This document shows, in pieces, positions 61,047-64,000 of a DNA stretch of 64,000 nt. The stretch spans positions 3,782,001 through 3,846,000 of the forward strand of contig JBLDXI010000013.1 of the NCBI GenBank assembly GCA_047495785.1, given 5' to 3'. The notes under the pieces are model-generated. The model did not search any database. It was given only the letters and a program-made list of their open reading frames with translations, and had not been told where the DNA came from. This DNA is from Lepidodermella squamata. Taxonomy: Eukaryota > Animalia > Gastrotricha. The number at the start of each line of letters is the position of its first letter. Position 1 is the stretch's first letter. The position numbers and the translations under genes were made by a program.

Positions 61047-63048
61047 CTACTGAGAAATTGAATCCAGCTTCGAAAGTTCCCAGACTAGAACTGAAGCGTA
61101 TGAGCAAGAAGGCAGTTGAAAATCAAGAACAAGCGCCGTATTACTGCCCGAGTTTTTGCGTTCAAAATCAGGTCCTGATACCACCTTGTCGCGATCTGTG
61201 ACGTTAACTTGGTCCGTGTGATGCTCGTATGTCGCCACGTGCCATTTAAATTCAGATGGTTTCACCATCAAAGACCGGTACGTTCCGGATAGATTCAACT
61301 CAGGCATTTGTTTGCCACATTCTTCGAGCTTAACACCATCAGCCTGAAAAATTCAGAAAATTTTTAAACATGAAATTCGAAGTAAAACGACAGCATACCT
61401 CTAGCATTTCTTTGTACCAATCGCCAATAACATTTTTAGGCATATTTACGTCGAAACCAGGCATAGGCAATACAACATCGGTAATTTTGACTTTGCCAAT
61501 GTTATCTTCGGTAACATAGGTCGCATCAGTTTGAGCATCGCCAACAACTTCATCCAAAAACTCATCTTCCACATCGAAATTACTCTGCCCATCACGCCAT
61601 TTCGGGTAGCACTCATCGACAGCAACTAAATCGCCAACTAAGACCTTTGTATTTCCGAATTCAACAATGCGACGGGCGACAATTTCATTCCAAATCAGGC
61701 TCTGATAAGCATGTCCATACATTAGAATCATGCTTCGCGGCATTTTACGAATTGCGCCGATCAAATCACCAGGATTTTTTGCCAAAGCCTAAAATTGGGT
61801 AAATTTAGTTATATTTCGATTTTAAACATGTTTTTATACTTGAAGCATTTGACGTTCCCCACTGCGGTAGGGTCCCGGGAATACTTTTGAAGCTTCCTCG
61901 GCGTTTTTGTCCTCAAACCAAGCTTTCATAACTTGGCCAACGCGTTCGTCATTTCCGAATCGGTCGCATTTCGTCTCAAGAGCCGCCTTTAGAATCGCAT
62001 CAATCGCATCAGCCCACCGGCATTGAAGCAAAAATCGACCGATATCAGCCGTCGAAAATGATTTCGAAGTCCCGAATCGCTGCGGGCCGAAATAGTTCGC
62101 GAAACCAAAATCTCGGATGGCCTCGCAAGTTTTATTCACAGAATCGACTTGTTTAATATTTCGCAAAACAACCTGAAAATGATTGCCGGCCAGTTCGCCC
62201 AGTTTAACCGGGTCGGGTTCGTAAGAAAAGTCGGAAACCATAATGCAAGAACTAGGATTTTGATAACCCCTCACAGCGTTCAGAATTTTGTCGGCAGACA
62301 TTCGATCAGCCGAAACTCGCTGAGTAGTCGAGCCTCGTTTATCCTTCATACCCGCGAATTGAAACGACCTAATAGGGGCGTGTAAACACCTTGAAAGGTA
62401 AGCTAATGCCGCTGATGTGTCGATTTGTTCCTTGTATAGGCGGAAATGGCAATAGCGTTGATCGCCCGGCCAACGCTGGTCATTCGGTCGACGGCGCCCG
62501 CCAAATGACGCCTTGGTCACCTTAATCAGGCGCCGATCATCAGGAGTATTGATAGTTTCGGCGACTAAACCCGGCCACAATACTTTGATGGCACAGTGTT
62601 GCTGTTTTCTCTCGTCTTTATCGTCAGATGCCTGAAATTCCACAACATCTCTACATTTGTCCTCCTTTCCCGATAGTTCGTTAAGTTGATTTATGGTTTT
62701 TTCGTCGAAAAACTCATACAACTTTGTGTTAGCTTCGGAATTTTCGTTAGGCTTTTCAACCGCCTTAACCAGCCAGGATGCGAAAGGAGGTGAGGTATTT
62801 CTAGTCAGGCGAATTACTTGGCCATCGGTGGTTAGTTCGTGAACTATGAAATCTGTGTATCGTTGCTTGAATTCGCCGCCAAGACCTGCCGTCGATGGGT
62901 TCCAGTATGCCTTCATTCCTATTGATTTCGGATCACGATGGGACGAAATATACGGCATTGGTGCCGAGAGCTTTCCATCGACCGTAGTCGACACATTTTC
63001 GACCAAATCACTCACAACCGCTGAAATTTCACTTTCATTTGAAGCCAT
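61047..63048 (-). CDS. PUS7: Pseudouridylate synthase 7 (TruD family), 3 exons
   Basis: KQRYTDFIVHE, AGMKDKRGSTTQ (catalytic Asp), LGEL.GNHF.VVLR, GFANYFGPQRFG, HAYQSLIWN, LSGTYR, F.LP..SYA. Confidence 0.95.
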
Positions 63049-63241
63049 AATACCACTTTGTTAACTCTAAACACAAAAATTGTAAACCACTTAGTTGTTT
63101 ATTTCACTTCATTCGAATGGAATAAATATTAAAGAAAGCAGTGCATCCACCAACATCACAAAATCGTGTTTAGTAGGTAATTGCAAAAAAAGATGAGACC
63201 AACTCTTTGAGTGGCCATGGAATGAACAAAGATGTGTCAAT

Positions 63242-64000
<759 letters not shown>

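Overview
Eukaryotic (animal, probably a small spiralian-type invertebrate) genomic DNA with very high gene density, mostly 45-60 nt GT-AG introns and abundant CpG. About 27 protein-coding genes were reconstructed by hand from the ORF track plus splice sites. Recognised genes: BOP1 (partial), SMCR8, a TRIM-NHL gene, UQCC2, TMEM170, a CYP2-clan P450, RFC4, CHMP1A, SAP130, ANKLE2, a probable URB2, LHPP, MTG2, PNKP, CEP76, a tetraspanin, MORN1, GGACT, PUS7 and DPM1 (partial). Others: a secreted Kunitz-sushi-CAP mosaic protein, an IQ-motif protein, a Gly/Tyr-rich multi-peptide precursor, an atypical glutaredoxin and several orphans. Decayed LINE and MULE fragments sit in the larger introns. Main points of interest: (1) a secreted polyprotein predicted to release five uncharged, pyroglutamylated and amidated Gly-Tyr peptides separated by acidic spacers; (2) operon-like runs of housekeeping genes separated by only 69-193 bp, with unpaired 3' splice acceptors before the downstream ATGs, suggesting polycistronic transcription with SL trans-splicing; (3) a near-perfect 2.65/2.76 kb tandem duplication of CEP76 exon 1; (4) a Kunitz-sushi-CAP fusion; (5) a glutaredoxin lacking its nucleophilic Cys. 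All assignments come from motif recognition by eye; no database search was run.
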